From an uncultured Candidatus Binatia bacterium (GTDB lineage Bacteria > Desulfobacterota > Binatia > UBA9968 > JAJDTQ01), in the NCBI GenBank assembly GCA_965204235.1, contig OZ241979.1, positions 3,109,902-3,173,901 of the forward strand: 64,000 bases of DNA, written 5' to 3'. Below the pieces are notes generated by a model that saw only the letters and a program-made list of their open reading frames with translations, did not search any database and was not told where the DNA came from. Below are positions 41,318 through 51,231 of this stretch, one piece after another (the stretch's first letter is position 1; every line of letters begins with the position of its first letter). The translations under genes and the position numbers were made by a program.

Positions 41318-42109
41318 TCACGCCGAGGGCGGATCCGGCTCGTACCCGCGGTCGAACAGGCGGCCGTAGCCGGGGACTTGGGCCTTCACTCGCGCCAGCC
41401 CGAGGCCGGCCCACGTCATGGCCTGCATGCTGGTCACCACCGGGACGCCGAGGTCCTGCTCCAGGCTGTCGATGACGGCTACGCTGGGCATGAGCGCGCC
41501 GGTGATCCAGACGCCGTCCGCGGACGGGGCCGAGAGATACGTCTCCTTGGCGGCGTGGTAGGGTTCCGCCAAGGGCATGGTGGAGACGCCGTACCGCCGC
41601 GACATGGCGGCCTCGTCGGAGGGCCACAGGGAGCGCGCGGCCACCACCTCGATGCCCGCGTGACCGACGTATTCCACCAGTTGCCGGTGCATGGACTCGT
41701 CGAATGGCGTCAGCATGGCCACACGCTTCATGCCCAGGGTTCGCATGGCCCGTATGCACGCGCCGATGTCCGTGGCCATGGGGATGGATGTCTGGCGCGC
41801 CATCTCCGCCAGCAGCTTCTCCTCGAAGCCCCAGCCGCGGGTCACCACCAGCGGGACGCCCGCCTGGATGATGGCGTCCACCCGACGGTCTTCGAGTTCG
41901 GCCACCGCCGCGTCCATGCGGTCCACCGCGTCGTCGTACTGCCGTTGGGTCAACTCGGTCACCCGCAGCGACGTCATCACGATGGTGACGCCGTCGGGGG
42001 CCATGAGATAGAACTCGTAGCCGTTGTTCTCGTGGCCGGGACTGGGGGTCACGAACCCGATCCGCGCGCGCCAACCGTACGCGGCCCCGGGCGAAGCCTT
42101 GAGCGCCAT
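41318..42109 (-). CDS. Asp/Glu/hydantoin racemase family protein (maleate isomerase / arylmalonate decarboxylase-like)
   Basis: 263 aa. The two-half racemase fold is suggested by repeated …VDAIIQAGVPLVV… and …IEVVAARSL… segments. Confidence 0.6.
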   Translation of the reverse strand: MALKASPGAAYGWRARIGFVTPSPGHENNGYEFYLMAPDGVTIVMTSLRVTELTQRQYDDAVDRMDAAVAELEDRRVDAIIQAGVPLVVTRGWGFEEKLLAEMARQTSIPMATDIGACIRAMRTLGMKRVAMLTPFDESMHRQLVEYVGHAGIEVVAARSLWPSDEAAMSRRYGVSTMPLAEPYHAAKETYLSAPSADGVWITGALMPSVAVIDSLEQDLGVPVVTSMQAMTWAGLGLARVKAQVPGYGRLFDRGYEPDPPSA

Positions 42110-42149
42110 CCTCGCCTCCCGGAAATCAGCCTTGGCCGTTGCCCGTTCC

Positions 42150-42256
42150 GGCCCTCTTGAAAGCGCGTCCTTCGACTTCGCTACGCTCAGGATGAACGGA
42201 GGACTCGCTTCGCTGCGCTCGGGACGAACGGGGCAACCGTTCCGAGTCTCCTTGCA
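42150..42256 (-). repeat. dispersed ~110-bp repeat, copy 2 (reverse orientation)
   Basis: gcgcgtccttcgacttcgctacgctcaggatgaacgg…gcttcgctgcgctcgggacgaacggggcaaccgttc is the reverse complement of the unit seen at 8333–8400 and 47578–47640. Confidence 0.8.
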
Positions 42257-43378
42257 TTACAGACCGTAGAGCCGCCTGGGATTGGCGTCCAGGATGGCGT
42301 CCTTGGCTGCGTCGGAGATGTCGGTCCGCTCGCACAGCATGCGCGCGGCATAGCGTTCCCGGTCGCCGTGGGGCATGTCCGTCCCGGTGACGATCTGTCC
42401 CTGTCCCACCAGGTCCATCACCTGCGGCAGCAGGGAATCCTCGATCTCCGCGCTGAAGTAGAGGTTCCCCTTCCTGACGTACTCCATGGCCGGAAGCGCC
42501 TGCTTGGGGACCGTCTCGGGGATGAACTTCAACAGCAGCTCCCCCTGGTTCTCGTACCGATGCTTCAGACGGTCGAGCATGAAGGGCACCCACATGCATC
42601 CCGCCTCGAGGAACACCACGCGCATGTCCGGGAACCGGTCGAGGACGCCGCCGGCCATCAGGGAAGCGCACGCCATGAGAACGGGCATGTGGAACGCGAT
42701 GACGCCGGAGGGATAGATGTGCGAGTAGAGGTTGTTCACCGACGGGCAGGACCAGCCCACGTGGACGCCCAGAGCCAAGCCCTCTCCCTCCACCGCCTCG
42801 TAGAACGGCAGCAGGTCGTCTTCGTCCAGGAGCCGGTCGCCAGCGGTGCCCAGCACCATGACCGCAACCGCTCCCATCCCCCTGGCCTCGCGCACCGACC
42901 GCACGGCGCCGTCCACGTCGTCCAGGTTCACCACCGCGGCCCACTTGATGCGGTCGTGGCTCCCCAGCCGGTCTCCCAGCCAACGGTTGTAGGAGTCGCA
43001 CAGCGCGGTGGCCAACGCCGTGTTGCTGGTGAGCGGATAGGCGAGGAACAGCGTCGGATAGACCACCTGCACGGCGATGTCTTCCTCGTCCATGATCTCC
43101 AGCCGCTCCGGGATGTTGGTGAGATCCATGCTCCCGACGCTTTCCGGCTTGCCTTCGGAGTGTTTCGCGGGCTTGCCGTCGATGGTCACCGGCGTGCCCA
43201 GGTTGTTGCAGCCCCGGCCCACCCGGCGGGGGAACAGTTGCTCGTCGATCATCCAGTAGGCCATGCCGTCCACGCCCACCACGCGGGGCCGCTGACCCCG
43301 GAACCCGGGATCGAGGTATTCGTCGTCGAAGGTCACGAGGCACTCTTCCACGTGGCCGTCAGCGTCAACAACGTTCAT
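42257..43378 (-). CDS. amidohydrolase_2 (ACMSD/TIM-barrel metal-dependent hydrolase) family protein
   Basis: MNVVDADGHVEE… N-terminus (metal-binding D-x-H), 373 aa. Typical of amidohydrolase-2 decarboxylases and hydratases. Confidence 0.75.
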   Translation of the reverse strand: MNVVDADGHVEECLVTFDDEYLDPGFRGQRPRVVGVDGMAYWMIDEQLFPRRVGRGCNNLGTPVTIDGKPAKHSEGKPESVGSMDLTNIPERLEIMDEEDIAVQVVYPTLFLAYPLTSNTALATALCDSYNRWLGDRLGSHDRIKWAAVVNLDDVDGAVRSVREARGMGAVAVMVLGTAGDRLLDEDDLLPFYEAVEGEGLALGVHVGWSCPSVNNLYSHIYPSGVIAFHMPVLMACASLMAGGVLDRFPDMRVVFLEAGCMWVPFMLDRLKHRYENQGELLLKFIPETVPKQALPAMEYVRKGNLYFSAEIEDSLLPQVMDLVGQGQIVTGTDMPHGDRERYAARMLCERTDISDAAKDAILDANPRRLYGL

Positions 43379-43439
43379 TTCTCACCTCCGTCGATTTAGG
43401 GTATATTGTTCGCCCAACCTTGAAGCCGTCAACTCACGT

Positions 43440-43565
43440 TGTCAAGGAGCGGGATCGAGGAAACCCTGAACAACTGTCCCGTTCGTCCTGAGTATAGCGA
43501 AGCGAAGTCGAAGGACGCGCTTTCCCATGTGGAGAGACGCCTCGAGCCGGTTGTCCGAATGGATC
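43440..43565 (+). repeat. dispersed ~110-bp repeat, copy 3
   Basis: GAAACCCTGAACAACTGTCCCGTTCGTCCTGAGTATAGCGAAGCGAAGTCGAAGGACGCGCTTTCCCATGTGGAGAGACGCCTCGAGCCGG…. Confidence 0.8.
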
Positions 43566-43575
43566 GAACGTTCCC

Positions 43576-44964
43576 ATGAGCGCCTCGGACGCAGGAGTGA
43601 CCCGACGCTTGGCGCAGTGGGTCTGTGAGTCGGAGTTTCGCTCCGTCCCCGACGCCGTGCGCCGCGAAGCCGCGCGCACGCTGCTCAACTGGATGGGCTG
43701 CGCGGTGGGCGGCTCGCGCCACGAATCGGTGGACATCGCGCTGGAGGCCTTGGGACCCTTCATGGGAAAACCCCGGGCGTCGGTGCTGGGCCGCACGGAA
43801 CGGGTCGATGCGCTGCATGCGGCGCTGCTCAACGGCCTGAGCTCCCACGTGTTCGACTTCGACGACACCCACCTGCGGACCATCATCCATCCCGCCGGGC
43901 CGGTGGCCGCAGCGCTGCTGGCCCTGGCCGAGCACCGGCCCGTCTCCGGCGGCGACTTCCTCCATGCGCTGGTCCTCGGGGTGGAGGTGGAATGCCGCAT
44001 CGGCAACGCCGTGTACCCCGACCATTACGACGTCGGCTGGCACATCACCGCCACCGCCGGGGTCTTCGGTGCCGCAGCCGCAGCCGGCCGCGCGCTCGGA
44101 CTGGACCGCCGGCGCATGTGCTGGGCCTTGGGCGCGGCCGCCACCCAGGCCGCGGGGCTCCGGGAGATGTTCGGGACCATGTGCAAGCCCTTCCACATCG
44201 GACGGGCCGCCCAGAACGGCCTGTCCGCGGCCTTGCTCGCCGCCCACGGGTTGACCAGCTCCGAGCGGGCCATCGAAGCGCCCCGGGGCTTCGCCCCGGT
44301 GCTCTCCACCAAACAGGACTACGCGGCCATCTGCGAAGGACTCGGCGACAGCTACGAGATCGTGCGCAACACCTACAAGCCCTACCCCTGCGGCGTGGTG
44401 ATCCACCCGAGCCTCGACGGCTGCATCCGGCTCAAACGGGAATACGGTCTCACCGCGGACGACGTCGAAGCCGTGGAGTTGCGAGTCCACCCGCTGGTGC
44501 TGGAGCTCACCGGGAACAGGACGCCGCGAACGGGGCTCGAAGGCAAGTTCAGCGTCTATCACGCCGCCGCGGCCGCGCTCGTGCTCGGACGGGTCGGCGT
44601 AGCCGAGTTCTCGGACGAAGCGGTCAACGACCCCGTCCTCATGGCCGTGCGCGACCGGATCTCGGCCGCGGCGGACGGCGCGGTGAGCGAGTCCGGGGCC
44701 GTGGTGAGGGTACGGTGGAAGGGCGGCCGTTCCGTGGAAGCCGTGGTCGAGCATGCTTCGGGAAGCCTGGAGCGTCCGCTGTCGGACGAGGCCATCGAAG
44801 ACAAGGTCCACGCCCTCGCCGACCCCTTGCTGGGCGCTGCATCGACCCGGGAGATGATCGAAGCCTGCCGCAACGCGGCGCAGTTGGAGGACGCGAGCGC
44901 GCTCGCGGGTGCGGCCACGCCCGGGGGACGGGCGGCATGGCTGTCGCCCCCTCCCCTGCAGTGA
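43576..44964 (+). CDS. MmgE/PrpD family protein (2-methylcitrate dehydratase-like)
   Basis: 462 aa. Characteristic PrpD N-terminus (…LAQWVCESEFRSVPDAVRREAARTLLNWMGCAVGG…) and size. Confidence 0.8.
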   Translation: MSASDAGVTRRLAQWVCESEFRSVPDAVRREAARTLLNWMGCAVGGSRHESVDIALEALGPFMGKPRASVLGRTERVDALHAALLNGLSSHVFDFDDTHLRTIIHPAGPVAAALLALAEHRPVSGGDFLHALVLGVEVECRIGNAVYPDHYDVGWHITATAGVFGAAAAAGRALGLDRRRMCWALGAAATQAAGLREMFGTMCKPFHIGRAAQNGLSAALLAAHGLTSSERAIEAPRGFAPVLSTKQDYAAICEGLGDSYEIVRNTYKPYPCGVVIHPSLDGCIRLKREYGLTADDVEAVELRVHPLVLELTGNRTPRTGLEGKFSVYHAAAAALVLGRVGVAEFSDEAVNDPVLMAVRDRISAAADGAVSESGAVVRVRWKGGRSVEAVVEHASGSLERPLSDEAIEDKVHALADPLLGAASTREMIEACRNAAQLEDASALAGAATPGGRAAWLSPPPLQ

Positions 44965-44989
44965 GGGATCCCGGCCGCCGCCCTCACTC

Positions 44990-45110
44990 CAGGGAAACCC
45001 GGAACGATTGCCTCCGTTCGTCCTGAGCGTAGCGAAGCGAAGCCGAAGGACGCGCTTTCCCACAGGGAGAGGTATCTCGAGCCGGGATTGACCAGAGGTT
45101 CCCCAAGGCA
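44990..45110 (+). repeat. dispersed ~110-bp repeat, copy 4
   Basis: GGAAACCCGGAACGATTGCCTCCGTTCGTCCTGAGCGTAGCGAAGCGAAGCCGAAGGACGCGCTTTCCCACAGGGAGAGGTATCTCGAGCCGGGATTGACCAGAGGTTCCCC. Confidence 0.8.
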
Positions 45111-45141
45111 GACCGACGGCTCATCGCTGGATCGGACGAGA

Positions 45142-46710
45142 ATGCACATGCCCGAACACTACGACGTCATCATCATCGGCGGCGGCTCCGGCGGCTGCGT
45201 TGCCGCGGGCCGACTCAGCGAGGACCCGCGCCGGAGGGTGCTGTTGCTGGAAGCCGCGCCCCACCCCCGGCCGGTTCCGGACGTCATCCGAGACGCCGAC
45301 AGATGGGATCGGGTGTTGTGGGAGACTCCCTTCGTGGACATGCTCACGGTGCGGCGGCCCGTCAACGGCAGCTCGTTCCCTCTCATGCTCGGAAGGATCA
45401 TGGGCGGCGGTTCGTCGATCAACGCCATGGGCTACGTCTGGCCCACGCGGCACGACATGGAAACGTGGGTTGCGCAGGGGAACCCGGACTGGTCCTGGGA
45501 CGTGGTCCACGCGGTGTTGCAGCGCCTCGAAACGGATCAGGATTTCCCCGACGACCCGAACCACGGCAACGCCGGACCCGTGTATGTCGAGAGACCCTTC
45601 GCCCTGGAATCGGACCTGTCCCCGGTGGTCCGGGCCTATATCGACGGCGCCGTCGAGATGGGGCTGCCGCGCATCCCGGACACGAACATCGCCAATCCCC
45701 TGGGCGTCGGCCCGGGGGTGTGCAACATCAGGGACGGCAGGCGCCAGTCCGCGGTGGTGAGCCATCTCGACCCCGCCTGCGGACGTCCCAACCTCACCAT
45801 CCGGGCGGAGGCTCCGGTGCTCGCCTTGACGGTCTCCGGCACTCGGGTGGACGGCGTGCGCTACGAAAGGGACGGCGTGGTCCACACGGCCACCGCCGGC
45901 CAGGTGGTGCTGGCCGCGGGCGTTTACCGGAGCCCGCAGGTCCTGCTGTTGTCGGGCATCGGCCCGCCCGCGGCCCTCGAACGCCTCGGCATCGAGGTGA
46001 CCCACCCGCTGGAAGGGGTCGGGGAGAACTTCCAGGACCACGCGATGGTCCACATGACGTTCAAGGCCGCCAGGGACTTCGACGTGGACTGGACCCTGCC
46101 GCGGATCCGCCTCATGGCGCGGACCTCGCCGAGCCTCGACCACGGCGACTTCTACCTGGTCCTGCGCCCTGCCACGAAGCTCCCGGACATGGACTGCCTG
46201 CTGCCCCTGTCCATCACCCTGCTGGAGCAGGCGGCCCGGGGGCGGGTCCGCCTCAAGAGCTCAGACCCGAAAGACGACCCCGTGGTGGAATCGGCGCTGC
46301 TGGAAGACCCCCGTGACCGGGAAAAGATGGTGTCGGCCATGGAGTTCGTCCGGGAACTGGCCCGGACCTCGCCCATGCGGGAATTCTACGGCCCGTTGGC
46401 GACCCCGGGTCCGGAAGAGGACTGGACAACCTTCGCCCACTCCAACCACGACAGCTCCCTCCACGGTTGCGGCACCTGCAAGATGGGACCGTCGGACGAC
46501 CCCGCCGCGGTGGTGGACCAACGGCTGCGGGTCCATGGACTGGACAACCTGTGGGTGGCGGACGCCTCCGTCATGCCCACGGTGGTGCACGCCAACACCA
46601 ACGCCACCGTGTACGTCATCGGCGAACGGCTGGCGGAGTTCCTGAAGAGCGAAGACCAGGCGCCGGTCCGGCGCGGCGCCCCGGACGAAGGGCGGCGCGG
46701 TCTCCCCTGA
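45142..46710 (+). CDS. GMC-family FAD-dependent oxidoreductase (choline dehydrogenase-like)
   Basis: N-terminal FAD motif YDVIIIGGGSGGCVAAGRLSED. GMC signature regions. C-terminal …HGCGTCKMG… and …NLWVADASVMPT…. Start chosen at MHMPEHY (ORF-track start 45088). Confidence 0.85.
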   Translation: MHMPEHYDVIIIGGGSGGCVAAGRLSEDPRRRVLLLEAAPHPRPVPDVIRDADRWDRVLWETPFVDMLTVRRPVNGSSFPLMLGRIMGGGSSINAMGYVWPTRHDMETWVAQGNPDWSWDVVHAVLQRLETDQDFPDDPNHGNAGPVYVERPFALESDLSPVVRAYIDGAVEMGLPRIPDTNIANPLGVGPGVCNIRDGRRQSAVVSHLDPACGRPNLTIRAEAPVLALTVSGTRVDGVRYERDGVVHTATAGQVVLAAGVYRSPQVLLLSGIGPPAALERLGIEVTHPLEGVGENFQDHAMVHMTFKAARDFDVDWTLPRIRLMARTSPSLDHGDFYLVLRPATKLPDMDCLLPLSITLLEQAARGRVRLKSSDPKDDPVVESALLEDPRDREKMVSAMEFVRELARTSPMREFYGPLATPGPEEDWTTFAHSNHDSSLHGCGTCKMGPSDDPAAVVDQRLRVHGLDNLWVADASVMPTVVHANTNATVYVIGERLAEFLKSEDQAPVRRGAPDEGRRGLP

Positions 46711-46711
46711 C

Positions 46712-47527
46712 TCACGGCTCGGAGAGGTCGAGCAGGATGCCGTCGGGGTCGGCCATGGCGTACCGGCCGATGACGCAGCCTTCCAGGTCGGCCCGGGTCA
46801 TGGGGCCGAAACGGCCCACGTCCAGGTTGGCGGGGGCGGCTTCCGGCGCGGCTTCGCTCAGGGTCTCGATGTCCTTCCGGGTCCGCTCCAGGTCCTCGAC
46901 CCGGAAGCCGATGTGGTCGAGCCCTTCGCGCATGCCGCGGTACAGCGCGTTGTCGCAGGGGCGCACCAGGAGGTCCACCGCGCCGTCGGTAACCCGGAAG
47001 CTGCCGTCCGGTGACGGCGCTTCGCCCACGTCGAGGTCGAACACGCGGTGGTAGAACTCGGCCACCCGTTCCGGAGTCCTGGAGCGGATGGAGATGTGGC
47101 TGAGCCGGCGCGGCTGGCTCCAGCCCTCTTCCAGGTATCCCTCCCGGACCTTGGCGACCCCCTTCTGCGAGATGTCGAACTGCGTGCCGCAGGGATCGGT
47201 GCCGCGGGAAACCGAGAACGGTACGTGGGGCAGGCTCCTGGCCACCAGCAGGTCCGGATAGCCACCGCGCATCCGGTCCAGCACCACCGGTATCTCCTCC
47301 ACCTCGAAGCCGAAGTGGTCCAGTCCGGACTGGTTCCCCGGATGCTTCTGCAGCATGGCGAAGCCGATGACTCCATCGCTGATGTGGCCCCGGTCCGGAT
47401 TGTAGTTTCCCTTCTCGTCGGTCATCCCGGTGGTGATCTTCTTCATCCCGAAGACCGTCTGGTAGAAACGGGCCATCCGGTCCCAGTTCTCCGTGTTGAG
47501 GGCCACGTGTCGGATGCGCGTTCGCAT
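46712..47527 (-). CDS. two-domain VOC (glyoxalase/extradiol dioxygenase) family protein
   Basis: ATG at 47527 (MRTRIRHVALN…). Two βαβββ VOC modules (…HVALNTENWDRMARFYQTVFG… and …LSHISIRSRTPERVAEFYHRVFDL…). Confidence 0.7.
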   Translation of the reverse strand: MRTRIRHVALNTENWDRMARFYQTVFGMKKITTGMTDEKGNYNPDRGHISDGVIGFAMLQKHPGNQSGLDHFGFEVEEIPVVLDRMRGGYPDLLVARSLPHVPFSVSRGTDPCGTQFDISQKGVAKVREGYLEEGWSQPRRLSHISIRSRTPERVAEFYHRVFDLDVGEAPSPDGSFRVTDGAVDLLVRPCDNALYRGMREGLDHIGFRVEDLERTRKDIETLSEAAPEAAPANLDVGRFGPMTRADLEGCVIGRYAMADPDGILLDLSEP

Positions 47528-47577
47528 GGTTCCACCTCCGCAACGGTCGGCTGCCGCGGCTCGCGGCAGCCGACCGA

Positions 47578-47720
47578 AACTCCGAACAATTGCCCCGTTC
47601 GTCCCGAGCGCAGCGAAACGCAATCACCCCCGTTCGTCCTGAGCGTAGCGTAGCGAAGTCGAAGGACGCGCTTTCCCACAGGGTGAGGCGCTTCGAGCCG
47701 GGGTTGATCGGAGGTTCCTT
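47578..47720 (+). repeat. dispersed ~110-bp repeat, copy 5 (5' half duplicated)
   Basis: …CCGAACAATTGCCCCGTTCGTCCCGAGCGCAGCGAAACGCAATCACCCCCGTTCGTCCTGAGCGTAGCGTAGCGAAGTCGAAGGACGCGCTTTCCCACAGGGTGAGGCGCTTCGAGCCGGGGTTGATCGGAGGTTCC. Confidence 0.8.
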
Positions 47721-47843
47721 ACCGTGGAATCCGACATTTCCGCGCTGCTGTCAAGCCGGAAGATGCCAGTCCGGGTCGGTTGTGGTATAAGGCGCCATGG
47801 AGCTTCCCGGGACGCAGGACGCCAGGGCGGAGGGAGACGAAGC

Positions 47844-48731
47844 ATGAAGGTTTGCACCTACGACGCGAAGCAGGCCGGGGCGGTGGTGGACGACGAGGTC
47901 TATCCCATCGGAGCGGCGATGGTCGCCGCGGGTCTGCTCAAGGCCGATTACACCATGGTCCAGGTCATCGAGGCGCTGACGGGGAACCCCGCGGCCCGGC
48001 ACTGCGTCGAGGAGTGCATCCGGTCCGGGGACGCCGTGCCCCTGGATCGGGTGACGCTTCGAGCGCCCATCGACAACCCCACGTCCCTCTGGGCCGCGGC
48101 CGCCAACTACATGGACCACCGCAAGGAGATGGAGACCCGGATGGGGAGCGGCGCCCAGGAGCTGCCGGACAAGGACGACCACATGTCGCAGGACTTCCTG
48201 AAGCCGGTCTCGTCCATCATCGGACCCGGCGGCGCAGTCATCCTCCCCAAGGTGTCCCACGACGTGGACTTCGAGTGCGAGCTCTGCGTGGTCATCGGCA
48301 AGGAAACCCGCAAGGTGACCGAGGAGCAGGCGCTGGACCATGTCTTCGGCTACACCATCTGCTGGGACATCAGCCAGCGGGACCCCTGGGGGCGCGGCAA
48401 GAACAACACCCGCAACGTTCGCAAGGGCTTCGACACCTTCAGTCCCCTGGGACCCTGGATCGTCACCAGGGACGAGATCCCCGAGCCGCAGGACCTCTCG
48501 CTCGCCGCGTGGCACAACGGCGAGCAGGTGATGACCGCGCATACCGGCGACATGATCTGCGGGGTCCGGGACCACATCCGGTTCCTGTCGAGCGTGGCGA
48601 CCCTCCGACCGGGCGACCTCATCACCACGGGGACGCCGGCCGGGGTCCACACGCTCCGGGACGGCGACCGGCTCCGGGGAGAGATCGAGAAGATCGGCGT
48701 GATGGAGTTGCACGTCGAGGCGGAGGTCTGA
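47844..48731 (+). CDS. fumarylacetoacetate hydrolase (FAH) family protein
   Basis: ATG at 47844 (MKVCTYDAKQ…), preceded by a GGAGGG RBS. FAH-family motifs …DFECELCVVIGKE… and …GDLITTGTPAGV…. Confidence 0.8.
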   Translation: MKVCTYDAKQAGAVVDDEVYPIGAAMVAAGLLKADYTMVQVIEALTGNPAARHCVEECIRSGDAVPLDRVTLRAPIDNPTSLWAAAANYMDHRKEMETRMGSGAQELPDKDDHMSQDFLKPVSSIIGPGGAVILPKVSHDVDFECELCVVIGKETRKVTEEQALDHVFGYTICWDISQRDPWGRGKNNTRNVRKGFDTFSPLGPWIVTRDEIPEPQDLSLAAWHNGEQVMTAHTGDMICGVRDHIRFLSSVATLRPGDLITTGTPAGVHTLRDGDRLRGEIEKIGVMELHVEAEV

Positions 48732-48761
48732 GGACAGGACCGACGGACGAGCGAGGACCCC

Positions 48762-49889
48762 ATGCCGGGCGTCATAGACGCGGACACGCACATTTCCGAG
48801 TCGGAGGGGATGTGGGAGCTCATGGACTCGTCCATGTACCCGCGCAGACCGGTGATGACCGAGGTGCCGGACGACACCCTCTACGGCGACTTGAACGTCC
48901 TGTGGCTGATCGACGGCAACCTCTTCCCCAAGCCGGCCGGCCGGGGCGGCTTCCGGCTGGTTACGCCCTCACGCTCCAAGGGTCAGGAGCGGCGCCGGGA
49001 CGTCCTCATCGCCTGTCGGGAGATCACCGACGTGCCGGCGCGGCTGGCGGACATGGACAAGCTGGGGGTGGAGATCCAGGTCATCTATCCGACGCTGTTC
49101 CTGGTTTACCTCACCGACGATGCGGAACTGGAGGCCGCGTTGTGCCGCGCCTACAACGACTGGATGGCCGATGTCTGGAGCAAGTCCCGGGGACGGCTCC
49201 GCTGGGTGGTGGCGCCGCCGCTGCACTCCATGGAAGCGTCGCTCGAAGAGATGCGGAAGGGCAAGGCCAATGGCGCGGTAGGGGTGACGCTCCGGGGCAT
49301 GGAGGGTGACCGCAGCATCGCACATCCCTTCTTCTTCCCCCTCTACGAGGAGGCCGAGAAGCTCGACCTGCCCGTCTGCATCCATACGGGCTCGGGCTCC
49401 CGCACCCTGCTCAACCTCTTCGACCTGGCCATCAGCTCGACCTTCGCCAACCAGGTGGCGCTGCCCCTGTTCGCGTTCCGGGACATCGTGGCCAACCACC
49501 TGCCGGCACGGTTTCCCGGCCTTCGGTTCGGCTTCATCGAAGCCAAGGCAAGCTGGATCCCCTACCTCCTGCACCTGCTCCGGCGCGAGTCCCGGGCGGT
49601 GGCCGCGGGAGGCCGAAAGGGCATACAACGACCCCGGTGGAAGCACGAGACCAACGTGGACCTCTTTCGCGACTACCGCATCTACGTGGCCTGCGAGGCG
49701 GACGAGGACCTGCCCTACCTGCTCGGCTACACGGGCGAGGACAACCTCCTCATCGGCTCGGACTACGGACACACGGATCCCGCCAACGAGCCACGCATGG
49801 TGGACGTGATGCGGCAGCGCGAGGACATCCCGTCCCGCGTCATCGAGAAGATACTGGTGGACAACCCGAAGCGGTTCTACGGCCTCTGA
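48762..49889 (+). CDS. amidohydrolase_2 family protein
   Basis: MPGVIDADTHISESE… N-terminus. Paralogue of 42257..43378 and 49896..51002. Confidence 0.75.
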   Translation: MPGVIDADTHISESEGMWELMDSSMYPRRPVMTEVPDDTLYGDLNVLWLIDGNLFPKPAGRGGFRLVTPSRSKGQERRRDVLIACREITDVPARLADMDKLGVEIQVIYPTLFLVYLTDDAELEAALCRAYNDWMADVWSKSRGRLRWVVAPPLHSMEASLEEMRKGKANGAVGVTLRGMEGDRSIAHPFFFPLYEEAEKLDLPVCIHTGSGSRTLLNLFDLAISSTFANQVALPLFAFRDIVANHLPARFPGLRFGFIEAKASWIPYLLHLLRRESRAVAAGGRKGIQRPRWKHETNVDLFRDYRIYVACEADEDLPYLLGYTGEDNLLIGSDYGHTDPANEPRMVDVMRQREDIPSRVIEKILVDNPKRFYGL

Positions 49890-49895
49890 CGCGCG

Positions 49896-51002
49896 TCACA
49901 GGTTATAGAACGCGAGGCCGTTCTCGCGCAGGATCTTCTGCTTGACGGCGTCCGAGAGGTCGGTGCGGTCCCGGATCTCCTGGATGCCCGTCTCCCGCGC
50001 CTCGGAATGGGGGATGTCGCCCTCGATCAGGATCTGGTCCTCCCCCACCAGGTCGATGACGTGGGGCAGAAGCGGCTCCTCCGCTTCGCAGGTGACATAG
50101 ACCCGGCCCTCCCGGAGGTACTCGCTGGGCAGTTTCCGGGAACGGTTCCCCAGCATCTCCACCACCGGATGATAGTGGTCCATCCGTCCGATCATGTAGG
50201 GGATCCATTCGGATCCCGCTTCCAGGAAGGCGACCCTGAGCTTCGGGAAGCGGTCGAGGACGCCGCCCGCCAGGATGCTGAAGAACCCCATGAGCACGGG
50301 CAGGGTGAAGCTCAGGAGCAATGCCGAGTAGGGGTCCTCGCAGGTTTGGGTCAGGCCCGGCGCGCTCCAGCCCGTGTGGACGCACACCGGCAGGTCCACC
50401 TCGCAGGCCGCGGCAAAGAACGGCGAAAGGTCCGGATGGTGCAGCAGCGTCTGGCCCGCGGTGCCGCCGATCATGAGACCCACGGCGCCGAGCTCCCGGG
50501 CGCGATGGACCTCGGCCACGCAGGCCTCGCGGTCCCGCATGGGGATCACCGCGGACCACTTCAGGCGCTCGGGCCGCTCACTGCAACGCTGGGAGATCCA
50601 GGTGTTGTAGCTCCGCATCAACGCGGCCTCGAACCTGGGGTCCTCGGTCAGGCGATGGAACAGGATGGAGGAGTAGATCACCTGGATGTCGATGCCGAAT
50701 GCGTCCAGGTCCTTGATGCGGGCGTCGATGTCGGTCATGCCCTGGCTGGCAACGGGGAATATCTTGTCCCGGGCGAACTTCATCTCCAGCGGCGTGCCGC
50801 TGAAGGTGGTGCCGGGTCCCCACAACCGGGGATGGATCTGGCCGTCGATGAGCCACCACGCGTCGATGTGGGAGTTGGTGGCCAGCCCCTCTCCCTGCAC
50901 CACCACGGGCCTTCGGTGCTGGAACTCGTCCTCCAGGTAATCCCAGGTCTCCGGCACTTCCATGACGTGGGAATCCGCGTCCACGACGTCGATCTTGCTC
51001 AT
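49896..51002 (-). CDS. amidohydrolase_2 family protein
   Basis: ATG at 51002 (MSKIDVVDADSHVMEVPE…) with a GGAGGAG RBS. The ORF-track N-terminal extension to 51191 is spurious. Confidence 0.75.
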   Translation of the reverse strand: MSKIDVVDADSHVMEVPETWDYLEDEFQHRRPVVVQGEGLATNSHIDAWWLIDGQIHPRLWGPGTTFSGTPLEMKFARDKIFPVASQGMTDIDARIKDLDAFGIDIQVIYSSILFHRLTEDPRFEAALMRSYNTWISQRCSERPERLKWSAVIPMRDREACVAEVHRARELGAVGLMIGGTAGQTLLHHPDLSPFFAAACEVDLPVCVHTGWSAPGLTQTCEDPYSALLLSFTLPVLMGFFSILAGGVLDRFPKLRVAFLEAGSEWIPYMIGRMDHYHPVVEMLGNRSRKLPSEYLREGRVYVTCEAEEPLLPHVIDLVGEDQILIEGDIPHSEARETGIQEIRDRTDLSDAVKQKILRENGLAFYNL

Positions 51003-51231
51003 CGAATCTCCTCCCATGAATGAATGTCCTCGTCCGGCAGGCCCGGGGCGGTCCGGGTCCTCGGCCCGGTTGCAACGACAGACTATTGGACAAAAAGCCT
51101 CGGCTGTCAACATCGCCGTCCCGACCGGGGACGGGACGGCGGTTGAACCGCGGTTGACAACACCCGACGGCGTTGATAGAAGCCCGAACATCCGTGGACA
51201 CTATCGAAAACGACTCGGAAGGGAGACGGAA